A stretch of 64,000 nucleotides of DNA from a virus (taxonomy: Duplodnaviria; Caudoviricetes). The notes beneath the pieces are model-generated. The model ran no database searches, was not told where the DNA came from, and worked only from the letters and a program-made list of their open reading frames with translations. Positions within the stretch are counted from its first letter, which is position 1, and each line of letters begins with the position of its first letter. Location of the stretch: IMG/VR virus record IMGVR_UViG_3300049298_000033, positions 30,539-94,538 of that record; one strand, 5' to 3'. Shown here in pieces: positions 1 to 8,877 of this stretch. Made by a program: the position numbers and the translations under genes.

Positions 1-28
1 GAGCATCTGGGATCTCACCGAGCCGGAG

Positions 29-283
29 ATGGCTGCCGCGTGGCGTCTCGCTGCGACTGCCGCGGGGCTTATCGCGGCCGAGCACCGGCCGGACGGCTGG
101 AACATCGGCGTCAACGACGGCGCCGCAGCCGGCCGAACGATTCATCATCTCCACATCCATTTGATCCCACGCTATGCCGGTGATCAGCCGGATCCGCGTG
201 GTGGGATACGCCGCGGCCTGCCGAACGGTGACCCGGACGTATGGGCCAGTGACATCGAACAGGAGGCCCGCTATGGCCAGTGA
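29..283 (+). CDS. HIT family hydrolase (probably 5'-truncated by window edge)
   Basis: PDGWNIGVNDGAAAGRTIHHLHIHLIPRY: histidine triad and typical GFNIGxNxG..AGQ-like context. Confidence 0.9.
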   Translation: MAAAWRLAATAAGLIAAEHRPDGWNIGVNDGAAAGRTIHHLHIHLIPRYAGDQPDPRGGIRRGLPNGDPDVWASDIEQEARYGQ

Positions 284-1067
284 CCGCACGATGCTTGGCG
301 ACAGGATGAAACAGTACGAGGCGGCCACTCGGTCAACCCTCCCGCGGCGGACGTTCACTGTCATCCGGGTTGATGGTCGCTGCTTCAGTTCATTCCTCCG
401 CCGCGCAGATAAGCCGTTCGACGCCACGGTCATAACGGCGATGGATGCGGTCACGGCAGCGCTGTGCAAGGAGATCTCCGGGGCGGTCTTCGGATACGCC
501 CAATCCGACGAAGCGTCGATCCTGCTGACGGACTTCGCCGCGCCCGGCACACAGCCATGGTTCGCAGGCGGTGTGCAGAAGATGGCGTCCATCGCCGCAT
601 CGGTGGCAACGGTCGCGTTCAACGATGCCTACCCCGGATCAGGCCGTGCGCTGTTCGATGCCCGCGTTTTCACCATCCCTGATCCGGTAGAGGTTGCGAA
701 CTACTTCCTGTGGCGGCAACGCGACTGCGTCCGCAACTCGATCTCCGTGGCCGCGCAAGCCCACTTCTCCCACAAGCGTCTGCACCGGGTGAACACCGAT
801 CAGATGCAGGAGCTTCTTTGGCGGGAGAAGGGCGTCAACTGGAATGACTACCCGGCCGGTTGCAAGCGCGGACGTGTGGTCACGCGGAAGACTGGCGAGC
901 GTCCGGTGACGTACACGGACCGCCGCACGCAGGAGGAGGTCTCGACGGTCGCGATGAGGTCGTGGTGGGAGACCGAGCCCGCGCCGCACTTCACCGCCGC
1001 TGAGGACGGCTGGCTTGCGCAGATGATCCCTGTGATCCCTTCTCTCGATGCGAGGAGGTCCGCGTGA
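273..1067 (+). CDS. Thg1-like protein (tRNAHis guanylyltransferase family, 3'-5' polymerase)
   Basis: LGDRMKQYE, IRVDGRCF, YAQSDE, FDARVF, YFLWRQRDCVRNSI, WNDYP..KRG motifs; AGGAGG at 261-266 before ATG 273. Confidence 0.93.
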   Translation: MASDRTMLGDRMKQYEAATRSTLPRRTFTVIRVDGRCFSSFLRRADKPFDATVITAMDAVTAALCKEISGAVFGYAQSDEASILLTDFAAPGTQPWFAGGVQKMASIAASVATVAFNDAYPGSGRALFDARVFTIPDPVEVANYFLWRQRDCVRNSISVAAQAHFSHKRLHRVNTDQMQELLWREKGVNWNDYPAGCKRGRVVTRKTGERPVTYTDRRTQEEVSTVAMRSWWETEPAPHFTAAEDGWLAQMIPVIPSLDARRSA

Positions 1068-1423
1068 CCGCCGTTCATGAGTACCTGTCTACGGCCTGCT
1101 GGCATGAGCTGAACGACGACAGGCCCGCTCTCCATGCCAAGTGCAGAGCTTCGTGTAAGTACGGGGAGAACGGCCCGGAGTTCTGTCGTTGTCCGAACCA
1201 CACGGAGGATGAGCTGAAGGCATCTCCGGTGTCCTGGGTGGACCAGGCTCGTGGGATCGCTCTTCGCCTCCTTGCTGTGTGCGATGCAGTGGGCGTGGAC
1301 CTAGCGGCTGAGGATCGGCATCTGGCGCGGGCGATCGCTGAGGACCCTGCCCTGTTCTGGCTCCGCGGCGAGGAACAGCCACCGGGGGAGTGGCGGGACA
1401 CGAGCGGGGAGGCCAGAGATTGA
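1064..1423 (+). CDS. Hypothetical protein, Cys/His-rich N-terminus
   Basis: GTGA overlap with upstream stop; HEYLSTACWH..CRASCKY..CRCPNH. Confidence 0.7.
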   Translation: MTAVHEYLSTACWHELNDDRPALHAKCRASCKYGENGPEFCRCPNHTEDELKASPVSWVDQARGIALRLLAVCDAVGVDLAAEDRHLARAIAEDPALFWLRGEEQPPGEWRDTSGEARD

Positions 1424-1731
1424 CCGCCGTGATCCCCGCCGATATGGAGCCCGTGTGGGTCGGTGATTCGAGTACCCGCGAATGGGATGCGATCTGGGCC
1501 GACCGGGACTACTACGAGCAGCTGATTGAGTGGCTCCGGAGCGAGGGCTTCGACGAGAAGATCACGTATCGCGTTGAGGTCTACCTGGTTGATGCCCCGT
1601 TCGCGAAGGTCTTCCAGTACGCCACCGACGATGACGGCGATATCAAGCTGAACGAGGCGGGCGATGACGTGGAGCTGGTCACTCGGACCGTGCTGCTGTC
1701 ATCGCTGCCGCCGGCGAAGGAGGCGGCGTGA
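1420..1731 (+). CDS. Hypothetical protein
   Basis: TTG start overlapping upstream stop; coupled to next gene. Confidence 0.65.
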   Translation: MTAVIPADMEPVWVGDSSTREWDAIWADRDYYEQLIEWLRSEGFDEKITYRVEVYLVDAPFAKVFQYATDDDGDIKLNEAGDDVELVTRTVLLSSLPPAKEAA

Positions 1732-2006
1732 TCCGACGTCGGAAAGATCGCGCTTGTGATGCGGAAACCCGTGAGCGGCAGGTTGCTGAGCTTGAAGAGC
1801 GCGAAGAACGAGACCGCCACGACGAAGCCGACGACCTCGCCCGCCGAATCGCCGTAGCCGAATGCGCCCGCCACGACCACGTTGAACCCGATGACGGCCC
1901 GCTCGCGGACACCGTCGACATCACCGCATGGGGCTTGACTACGCCGATCCGTATCGGCCCGCACTGTGCTCGCTGCGGAGCCAATCTCAGCAAGGAGACG
2001 ACGTGA
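1728..2006 (+). CDS. Hypothetical protein with C-terminal CxxC
   Basis: GGAGG RBS, GTGA overlap. Confidence 0.65.
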   Translation: MIRRRKDRACDAETRERQVAELEEREERDRHDEADDLARRIAVAECARHDHVEPDDGPLADTVDITAWGLTTPIRIGPHCARCGANLSKETT

Positions 2007-2170
2007 CCACCACGAAGACCGCGGAGGCTGAAGACCAGAAAGCGATGACGCTCGGAGAGCTCGAACGGTTCATCGAGCAGGCCCGGATCGTCGGCCTCGA
2101 TGGGGACGCGAAGGTCACGGCGACGCTTTCGTGGCGTGGGGCGATCAAGAAGATCACGGCTGTCGGCTGA
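2003..2170 (+). CDS. Small hypothetical protein
   Basis: AAGGAG RBS, GTGA overlap. Confidence 0.6.
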   Translation: MTTTKTAEAEDQKAMTLGELERFIEQARIVGLDGDAKVTATLSWRGAIKKITAVG

Positions 2171-2200
2171 CCCGTGACGGGTCTCTACGAAGGGGGAGCT

Positions 2201-3052
2201 ATGACGCGTTGGATCCACTCGGACCCGAATGCGGATGACGGCTACTGGTCTGGGGAGGGCGCTCAGCGGCCGTGCGCGCGGGGGAAGTGGTGCGCGAGCA
2301 AAGACTTCAACGGGGAGCCGGTGCTCGGCCCACGCGCCCTGTGCAGCGCGGACCGAGACCATCTCGTATCGGCGCTGGAGAAACTCCCGGAGATGTACCT
2401 GGAGCTCTACCTGATCCTCGGCGAACGCGGCTCTGGGGCTGATGGGCCGCGCGTGTCTGGTGGCGCGAAGACCCCACCGATCCCGTGGCGGCCGGACGTC
2501 AACGCACTGATGGTCCGGATCGTAGAGGAGTTGTCCTCCTGGGAGTGGCGTGTCCGCGAGGTCGCCCGCCTCGACATCACCGGCATGGAGATGCCACGCC
2601 GCGACAGCGTTGCGATGTCCACGGCCTGCCGAACCCTCGCCACACACGTGGACGTACTGCTGGCGCTCACACCGGAGCCAATGAACCGGACCGTCGGCGA
2701 GAGCGTAGTGGCGTCCCTCCCGGACGATGCGGAGGGGAACGTCCGGCCGGCCGGGTGGGCGATCCTCCGTAAGGAGCTCGGGGGAGCGGACGCGGCGGTG
2801 GAGATCTTCACGCTGCTGGAGAAGTGCAAGTCGAAGCTGGGGTGGCGGGCCCAGCATGAGGATCTGTTGTCGCCGTGCTGGAACGAGGAGTGCGAGCAGA
2901 GGATGCTGCGCCGCTGGGACGGGTCTACGGGGCTCGATGACTTCGTTGAGTGCCGTAACTGCGGCTGGCGGTATGAGGGGGAGCAGTTGCAGGGGCTGAT
3001 GGTGGAAGAAGAGCTCGCCCAGCAGCGCCGCCACCAGAAGGAGGCGTCGTGA
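2201..3052 (+). CDS. Conserved actinophage Zn-ribbon protein (possible late-gene regulator component)
   Basis: C-terminal PCWNEEC...VECRNCG; RVSGG..PPIP motif; GGAG RBS. Confidence 0.7.
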   Translation: MTRWIHSDPNADDGYWSGEGAQRPCARGKWCASKDFNGEPVLGPRALCSADRDHLVSALEKLPEMYLELYLILGERGSGADGPRVSGGAKTPPIPWRPDVNALMVRIVEELSSWEWRVREVARLDITGMEMPRRDSVAMSTACRTLATHVDVLLALTPEPMNRTVGESVVASLPDDAEGNVRPAGWAILRKELGGADAAVEIFTLLEKCKSKLGWRAQHEDLLSPCWNEECEQRMLRRWDGSTGLDDFVECRNCGWRYEGEQLQGLMVEEELAQQRRHQKEAS

Positions 3053-3564
3053 GGGACTCCACGGACAAGGTGCTCACATCGATCGATGAGGCCCTCGACG
3101 ACTACATCACCTGGGACGGAGACAGCGATGACGCACTGTCCTGGGAAGCGAACCCGGCCGAGCCGTTCGATGAGGACGCCTGGCTTCAGGACGGCGTGAT
3201 CGACGAAGGGGAGATCGACGCTGACATCCAGGTCGTGAGGATCTGCGCGGACCTCGGTCGTCGGTCGGTCGCCTGGTCAGCCGATCCGGAAGCGATGGCG
3301 CGTTCGGTGAGTGTGATCAGTGATGCCATGCGTCTTCAGGTTGAGTCGCTGAAGAGCGCATTCATGTCGATCGGCAAGATGGTCATCAAGACGATCGAGG
3401 CTAACCATCCCAGCTTCGCCCGCATGACGATGGGCGACGACTATCGGCGACACCGCCGGGCCTGCCGTCTCTGCAACCCGTCCGGGAACCCGAAACCGCT
3501 CAAGGTGAACGGCGCGGAATACCGGCGGCGGACGCGCTCCAGGAGGCGCAAGAACCAGCGATGA
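3049..3564 (+). CDS. Hypothetical protein
   Basis: Overlapping start/stop; acidic N-term, HxxxCxxC and basic tail. Confidence 0.7.
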   Translation: MRDSTDKVLTSIDEALDDYITWDGDSDDALSWEANPAEPFDEDAWLQDGVIDEGEIDADIQVVRICADLGRRSVAWSADPEAMARSVSVISDAMRLQVESLKSAFMSIGKMVIKTIEANHPSFARMTMGDDYRRHRRACRLCNPSGNPKPLKVNGAEYRRRTRSRRRKNQR

Positions 3565-3748
3565 CGTGGGATAATGGCGGTATCCCTTCCCGCTTTCGAC
3601 CTCCCTCGGATATCTCCATGCCTGCTCTTCGCTGCGTCTTTTCCCGTCTCCACCGTCGCTCCGCTGCCGCTGAGCCGTGGCAGTGGGAGCGGCTCGCCAC
3701 CCCTGAAGAGATCGAAGCGTTGACCCGAACCGACCTTTGGAAGGCAGC

Positions 3749-4087
3749 ATGAACGAGACCCGCGAGCCTGCATGTGACGGCGCCGACACGCTGGAAACCG
3801 TCGCCCGCTGGGAACTCCTCTGCCTCTGGAGCGACCTGAACGACGCTCGTCACTCCGCGATCCGCGACTCGTGGTCGATGACGTGCGACGACCTGGTGGA
3901 CCGGATCAAGTTGTTCACGCAGCAGGTCGGCCCGACGCCGTGGGAGGAGATCGACATCGGTCTGCTGGAGGACGGGATCTATCAGCGTGTCCATGCGGAG
4001 ATGGGTGTCACCGTTGATGTGGACATGGCGTCGGTCGCCGAGACGCGCGCCAACATCGAGGCGCGCATGGGCCGACTTCGCTCCTGA
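3749..4087 (+). CDS. Hypothetical protein (paralog of 4423..4746)
   Basis: ATGA overlap; shared LWxDL/VGP/VHAExG motifs. Confidence 0.7.
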   Translation: MNETREPACDGADTLETVARWELLCLWSDLNDARHSAIRDSWSMTCDDLVDRIKLFTQQVGPTPWEEIDIGLLEDGIYQRVHAEMGVTVDVDMASVAETRANIEARMGRLRS

Positions 4088-4129
4088 AGAGATCACCGAA
4101 CTGACCAAGACGGACGTGAGGAGAGCGGC

Positions 4130-4426
4130 GTGAGCAGCATTGAACGCGTGCAGACGAAGATGACATGCACCCCAGCCGAGCTGGAGTCCTGGGCGCGACG
4201 GGCCAGGGCTGACGAGATGATCGAGATCGCCGCCCACGTCATCCATACCGGGCTACGGCGCCTACCGCCGTGCATGGGCTGCGACGCTCCCGTGAGCGAA
4301 TGTCCAGAGGGCGCTCTGATGGTGGACACGGTGGCGCAGACCGCCACGTTCCGGCCCTGCGGATGCGTCCTGGCCATCGTGAAGTCGCCCGAGAGGCCAC
4401 TTCGCGGAGAGGAACAGCAACCGTGA
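4130..4426 (+). CDS. Hypothetical protein, putative Zn-binding
   Basis: GAGGAG RBS; CxxC...PCGC. Confidence 0.65.
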   Translation: MSSIERVQTKMTCTPAELESWARRARADEMIEIAAHVIHTGLRRLPPCMGCDAPVSECPEGALMVDTVAQTATFRPCGCVLAIVKSPERPLRGEEQQP

Positions 4427-4746
4427 GCGAACCCGCGACGGAGCAGTACATGCAGGCTCTACGGGACGAGGTGGAGCACCTGTGGGGCGACCTCGCCGAG
4501 GACTACCGGATGAGCCGGACGACTCCGCCTGAGCGGTCCATGGGCTGCCTTGGGCGGATCGAACGCATCCAGACGATCACGAATCTCGTCGGCCCGTGCC
4601 CGCCAACCAAGATTCAGTACCCGTTCCTGCTGTCTGGCATGTACATGAAGGTCCATGCGGAGATCGGCATCACCGCCACGGTTCCCGAGGAGATACTGCG
4701 GTCGGCGCGGGAGTACGTAGCCAAGTCGAAGAGGATGGCCGGATGA
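4423..4746 (+). CDS. Hypothetical protein (paralog of 3749..4087)
   Basis: GTGA overlap; paralogy. Confidence 0.7.
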   Translation: MSEPATEQYMQALRDEVEHLWGDLAEDYRMSRTTPPERSMGCLGRIERIQTITNLVGPCPPTKIQYPFLLSGMYMKVHAEIGITATVPEEILRSAREYVAKSKRMAG

Positions 4747-5183
4747 GCGAGATCACTGACTTCATCAAGGCTCAGTACGACCGCATCGAGAAGCGCGAGC
4801 ACGGTCGCTACGTGGTCCGCTACCCGCTGAAGGCTCTCTGTCCGGTGTGTTCCGATCGGCCGGAAGGGTTCGAGAGCGGTCGCGTAGGCGTCGATGAGAT
4901 TCGGCTAGATCCGTGTGGTCACGCGATCCCTAACGACCAGTTCGTGGAGTTGTACGCCGAGAGCAACCCGGACCTGTTTGTCCTCGCCGATATCGAGTCC
5001 AAGCGGCGGATCCTCAATAAGGTCGTGGATGAAGCCACCAGCCTTGACATGTCTGTCGACAACGATCGCCGCGTCGGGCCTCGGGACGAAGTAGCCGGGC
5101 CGTACCTAGGCGACAAGCTGCTCCGTCTCCTCGCTGCTCCGTTCTCTGCCGAACCCGGCTACGACGACAGGTGGGCGGCATGA
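4743..5183 (+). CDS. DUF6221-like protein
   Basis: VLADIESKRRIL...LLRLLAAPFSAEPGYDDRW C-terminal signature. Confidence 0.75.
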   Translation: MSEITDFIKAQYDRIEKREHGRYVVRYPLKALCPVCSDRPEGFESGRVGVDEIRLDPCGHAIPNDQFVELYAESNPDLFVLADIESKRRILNKVVDEATSLDMSVDNDRRVGPRDEVAGPYLGDKLLRLLAAPFSAEPGYDDRWAA

Positions 5184-5389
5184 AGAGTGACGGCTTCATC
5201 TATAGTTCCCGCACGATGCGTGGGCGCCTGTCCCATCTGCTACGCGCCGTCGCCGACCGGATCAATCCGAGCGTCTACGACTTCCATGAGTCCGAGGCAG
5301 ATACTGAGGCCCGTAGGCGGATTTATCGAGACCTTGAACTGGACTTGCGAGCGAGCGAAGCGGCCCGACCGATCGGCCGGCGGCGCTGA
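5180..5389 (+). CDS. Small hypothetical protein
   Basis: ATGA overlap. Confidence 0.5.
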   Translation: MKSDGFIYSSRTMRGRLSHLLRAVADRINPSVYDFHESEADTEARRRIYRDLELDLRASEAARPIGRRR

Positions 5390-5741
5390 ACGACTTCGGC
5401 TGGACGTAATCCACAGTCCGACGCGGTGTCTAGCAACTGTCAGCCCCTCAGAGAACAATGGTCTCCGTGACTTCCCAAGCGATCGTGATTGAGGACGGTT
5501 GCGTCCGCCCGCCCCGCCTAGACGAGCACCTCGTCCACCTGGAGGACGGCCGGTGGGTATGTGTCCTCGGCGAGCACGCAGGCATGGACTGCCAAGTGGA
5601 CCTCGCGGCCTGACCGCTGAGACAGGTGTGTCGCAATTGGACAATGCGGCCACCTGCATGCAAAGATTCGAAACAACATCGAGATTTCTGCCTCCGCATC
5701 GCATCCGCGCGCGGGGGCTTTCGTCATATCTGGGGGTGCTC

Positions 5742-6008
5742 ATGCTCCCCGCTTTCGATCGCACGACAGCCGAAGCAGCAGCCGAACGTCTCGGCCGCGC
5801 ACCCGGAACCATCCACTGCTGGGGCACCCGCTACCGCGCCCGCAAGCTCCGCATCCGTGGACGCGTCTACTACGACTACCGGGATCTCGCGGTCATCGAA
5901 CGCGAGCTCCGCCACGGCCATCCGGTCCCCGAGACCCCTGAAGCGCGTGCCGAGATCAGTCAGCGTTGCCCTCTGCGTGCCGCTGAGCGCCTCGCTGCCG
6001 CTGCATAA
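5742..6008 (+). CDS. Stand-alone helix-turn-helix DNA-binding protein
   Basis: TAEAAAERLGRAPGTIHCWGTR...YYDYRDL, MerR/Xis-like HTH. Confidence 0.75.
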   Translation: MLPAFDRTTAEAAAERLGRAPGTIHCWGTRYRARKLRIRGRVYYDYRDLAVIERELRHGHPVPETPEARAEISQRCPLRAAERLAAAA

Positions 6009-6254
6009 CACCCCTTAGACGCGCGCCCCGTCTTCTCGCGGAGACGGTGTGGCGCGCTGCCGGCGACGAGCCCCCCACCGTCTGGTCGCCGTGCCCCCTG
6101 ATGGTTGGCGGCCCGGTCCTGTCTTGGGGAAGTCCAGGGCTGGGCCGTCAACCTGGCACTGTTCTCCCGGCCTGCTCTCGCCGCTCTTGGAAGTGGGGTC
6201 GGCGCGGAGCAGGCCGGGCACCACCCCACTTCCAACAGGAATAGGAGCGACCGC

Positions 6255-6842
6255 ATGCATGATCCGCTGGTCGTCGCATTCGAGATCAAGCGCCCATGGC
6301 CGCACCGCTACAAGGCCCAGATTGTCAACGGCCGCGAGATCCCAGCACGCCGCTACTGGCCAGAGCTGATCACGATCTGGCACCGTGAGCCCGGCGGCCA
6401 TGACTCCGGTGACATCTGCAAGCACTACCGCCGCTACCAAAACGAAGCGGGGGAGTGGCAGACCAAGGTTCTCCGAGGCTGGCGTTTCCACGCCCACCAC
6501 TGGAAGATCCAGGTCCACTCGCTGCAAGCCCTTCGCCGTCGCCTCCTGACCCGCTGCGCCTGGTGCGGCGGACCCTCGCGCAAGGGCGACGTGGTGAACG
6601 TCTCCCACTCATGGGATGGCCCGCGCGGACGCTGGTGGCAAGGCGAACCCGGCCTGTACCACCACGACTGTTCTGCGATCGATCTCGCACACGCCACCTG
6701 CATATGTGAACAGCCCGTACTGGAGTACAACGGCTACGGGCGCTGCGCCCGCTGCAACAACCAGCGCTCCTACGGAATGACGGCCGAGAACCTCGCTCGC
6801 GCTCGTGAGCTGAAGGCCATCCAGGCTGGCGCTCGGTCATGA
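6255..6842 (+). CDS. Hypothetical protein, Cys/His-rich
   Basis: AGGAG RBS; CxxC motifs. Confidence 0.7.
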   Translation: MHDPLVVAFEIKRPWPHRYKAQIVNGREIPARRYWPELITIWHREPGGHDSGDICKHYRRYQNEAGEWQTKVLRGWRFHAHHWKIQVHSLQALRRRLLTRCAWCGGPSRKGDVVNVSHSWDGPRGRWWQGEPGLYHHDCSAIDLAHATCICEQPVLEYNGYGRCARCNNQRSYGMTAENLARARELKAIQAGARS

Positions 6843-7141
6843 GCGACACCCGCATCGTCCTGGTGAAGCCTGGCGACGTCCTCATGCTCGGCAACGTCAC
6901 CCTCCCAGAGGACGAGGACGCCCTGGAGGCGTTCGACTCGGCGCTCCGCACGTTGAAGGACGCTCTCGGCCTGGAGCACGTGCTCGTGTTCGAGGACGAC
7001 ATCGACCTCGCAGTGAAGCCCGCGACGGAGATCCGCCACGAGGTGCACGTCCAGCAGGACTGGTCGCCGGAACAGCACGCTCTCGCATCCGCGGTGGAGC
7101 GGCAGCAGAACGCGATGTCGCGCGTCGGCCGGTTCAAGTAG
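6839..7141 (+). CDS. Hypothetical protein
   Basis: ATGA overlap. Confidence 0.65.
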   Translation: MSDTRIVLVKPGDVLMLGNVTLPEDEDALEAFDSALRTLKDALGLEHVLVFEDDIDLAVKPATEIRHEVHVQQDWSPEQHALASAVERQQNAMSRVGRFK

Positions 7142-7210
7142 TAAACCAAGCCCGCCTCGCTGACCTGCGACGAGTCACCATCGCCCACCGGCGGGTAAGA
7201 ACGAACTTGG

Positions 7211-7834
7211 CTACTGTCCGGCAGCGTTGATCGGGACCTGAGCGGACTTCGGCCCATAGTTCAGCCGGCACAGCGGATGCCCTGCGCTATCCGTCACTTC
7301 CAACGCGCCCGGCCGGTCAGGCACGTTGTACATCCACATCCCGCTGACGTACTTCCCGGGCAGCGGTGCCGGCTGGTCGATCCCGGCCCACTCCGTGCCG
7401 CCGTTCGGCGCGCACGTCCCCATCGTCCCGGGGTTCGCATCCGCCTGTTGACCGTCCATTCCGAACCACTTCCCCTGCGTCTGCGCATCCGAGTCGTCCG
7501 ACCCGAACGACGTCGACCCCACGTTCTTCACCCGGACGTTCAGGCACAACGTCACTGAATGCTTCGGATCCGAGTCCGTACCAGGCTTCTGCCTGATCGA
7601 CCGGACCGTGATCTCCAAGTTCACGGCACCTTCCGCACTGGGAACCTGATACCTGAACGGCTGCCCGATCGTCACCGCTGGCACACCGATGAAGCTGGCC
7701 TTCGCGGTCGGCATGCACTCGGGGATGGCTTCATCGCACGACCTCGCAGGCTTGCCCGCGGACGATCTACCCGACGAACACCCCGCCATAGCGGCGCAAC
7801 ACACGACAGCAGTTAGGGCACGCATCATCCTCAT
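7211..7834 (-). CDS. Lipoprotein (Ig-like/DUF4352-like), moron-type
   Basis: Signal peptide with lipobox MAGC; VKNVG..; lone antisense gene. Confidence 0.75.
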   Translation of the reverse strand: MRMMRALTAVVCCAAMAGCSSGRSSAGKPARSCDEAIPECMPTAKASFIGVPAVTIGQPFRYQVPSAEGAVNLEITVRSIRQKPGTDSDPKHSVTLCLNVRVKNVGSTSFGSDDSDAQTQGKWFGMDGQQADANPGTMGTCAPNGGTEWAGIDQPAPLPGKYVSGMWMYNVPDRPGALEVTDSAGHPLCRLNYGPKSAQVPINAAGQ

Positions 7835-7885
7835 GCGCGGAGCCTAAGCCGCACCACCTCATCATCCCGAGGGGAAGTTCTGCCG

Positions 7886-8314
7886 ATGCCAGTCCTCCCA
7901 AGGAAACCCTGCACAGAACCAGGCTGCCCCGAACTGGTAGACAAACCCGGACCCTGCCAAGACTGCAGGCGACAACGCCGACGCCAATCCGACCGAGACC
8001 GCGGCACCGCAGCCGAACGCGGATACACCGGACCACGATGGAACACAGCCCGCACAACCACCCTGCAGGATGACCCAACCTGCACCTGCCACAACCCCGA
8101 CTGCGACGACCACGGACCCAACTGCTACCGGCCATCAACAGTCGCCGACCACCACCCCAAGACCCGCAAACAACTCATAGCCGAAGGCATCACCAACCCC
8201 GACGACCCTCGATACCTTCGCGGACTTTGCAAGGCATGCCACGATCGGCACACCGCGGCCACCACCCCCGGCGGCTGGAACAGCCACACAAAACCGCAGG
8301 TCATAGACCTATAG
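7886..8314 (+). CDS. Terminase-associated HNH endonuclease (HK97 gp74-like)
   Basis: PCTEPGC, AAERGY, TVADHH, LRGLCKACHD; immediately before terminase. Confidence 0.85.
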   Translation: MPVLPRKPCTEPGCPELVDKPGPCQDCRRQRRRQSDRDRGTAAERGYTGPRWNTARTTTLQDDPTCTCHNPDCDDHGPNCYRPSTVADHHPKTRKQLIAEGITNPDDPRYLRGLCKACHDRHTAATTPGGWNSHTKPQVIDL

Positions 8315-8418
8315 GGGTAGGGGCGGTGAAATCGCAGGTCAGAGGCCTGGCGATACCGCCCGGGTGGTGAAGCTTGTGATGTCTCAGCTGGGAGATGCCC
8401 CTTGACGGGGAGGTGTCC
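8314..8418. other. Probable cos (packaging) region
   Basis: Between HNH and small terminase; sharp switch from C/A-rich to G/T-rich top strand. Confidence 0.55.
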
Positions 8419-8877
8419 ATGGCCTCTACGTCGCCGCGTCCGGCTGCGCTGAAGCTGATTGAGGGGCGGTCGCCTGGCCGTGACTCGGGTGGCCGGCCGG
8501 TTAAGGAGCCGCCTCCGTTCAAGCGCCTGCCTCCGGAGCCTCCGGAGTGGCTTCCTGTTGAGGCTGCCGCGGAGTGGCGGCGGGTGGTGCCGGAGCTTGC
8601 ACGGTTGGAGCTCGTCAAGGAGATCGATCGGGCATCGCTGACGGCGTATTGCCTGACGTGGGATCGGCTGGTGACTGCGCAGCGGCAGATCGCGGATGAC
8701 GGCCTGCTGCACACGAACTCGCAGGGCCGTACCCGGCATCCTGCTGTGGCGATCGTCGAGGCTGCTTCGAAGGAGTTGAGGGCGTGGGCTGCGGAGTTTG
8801 GTCTAACGCCTTCGAGTGAGCAGCGCGTAGGCGGGAAGGACGGCGGCGGGAATGGGGAGGAGAACCCGTTCGCCTGA
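8419..8877 (+). CDS. terS: Terminase small subunit, P27 family
   Basis: P..LKLIEG, PPEWL..A..EW, HPAV, AEFGLTPSS. Confidence 0.93.
   Translation: MASTSPRPAALKLIEGRSPGRDSGGRPVKEPPPFKRLPPEPPEWLPVEAAAEWRRVVPELARLELVKEIDRASLTAYCLTWDRLVTAQRQIADDGLLHTNSQGRTRHPAVAIVEAASKELRAWAAEFGLTPSSEQRVGGKDGGGNGEENPFA

Noticed and set aside
6017-6254. tRNA or tmRNA gene
   Set aside because: No T-loop GTTC, D-loop or CCA pattern; kept only as an unknown structured RNA.
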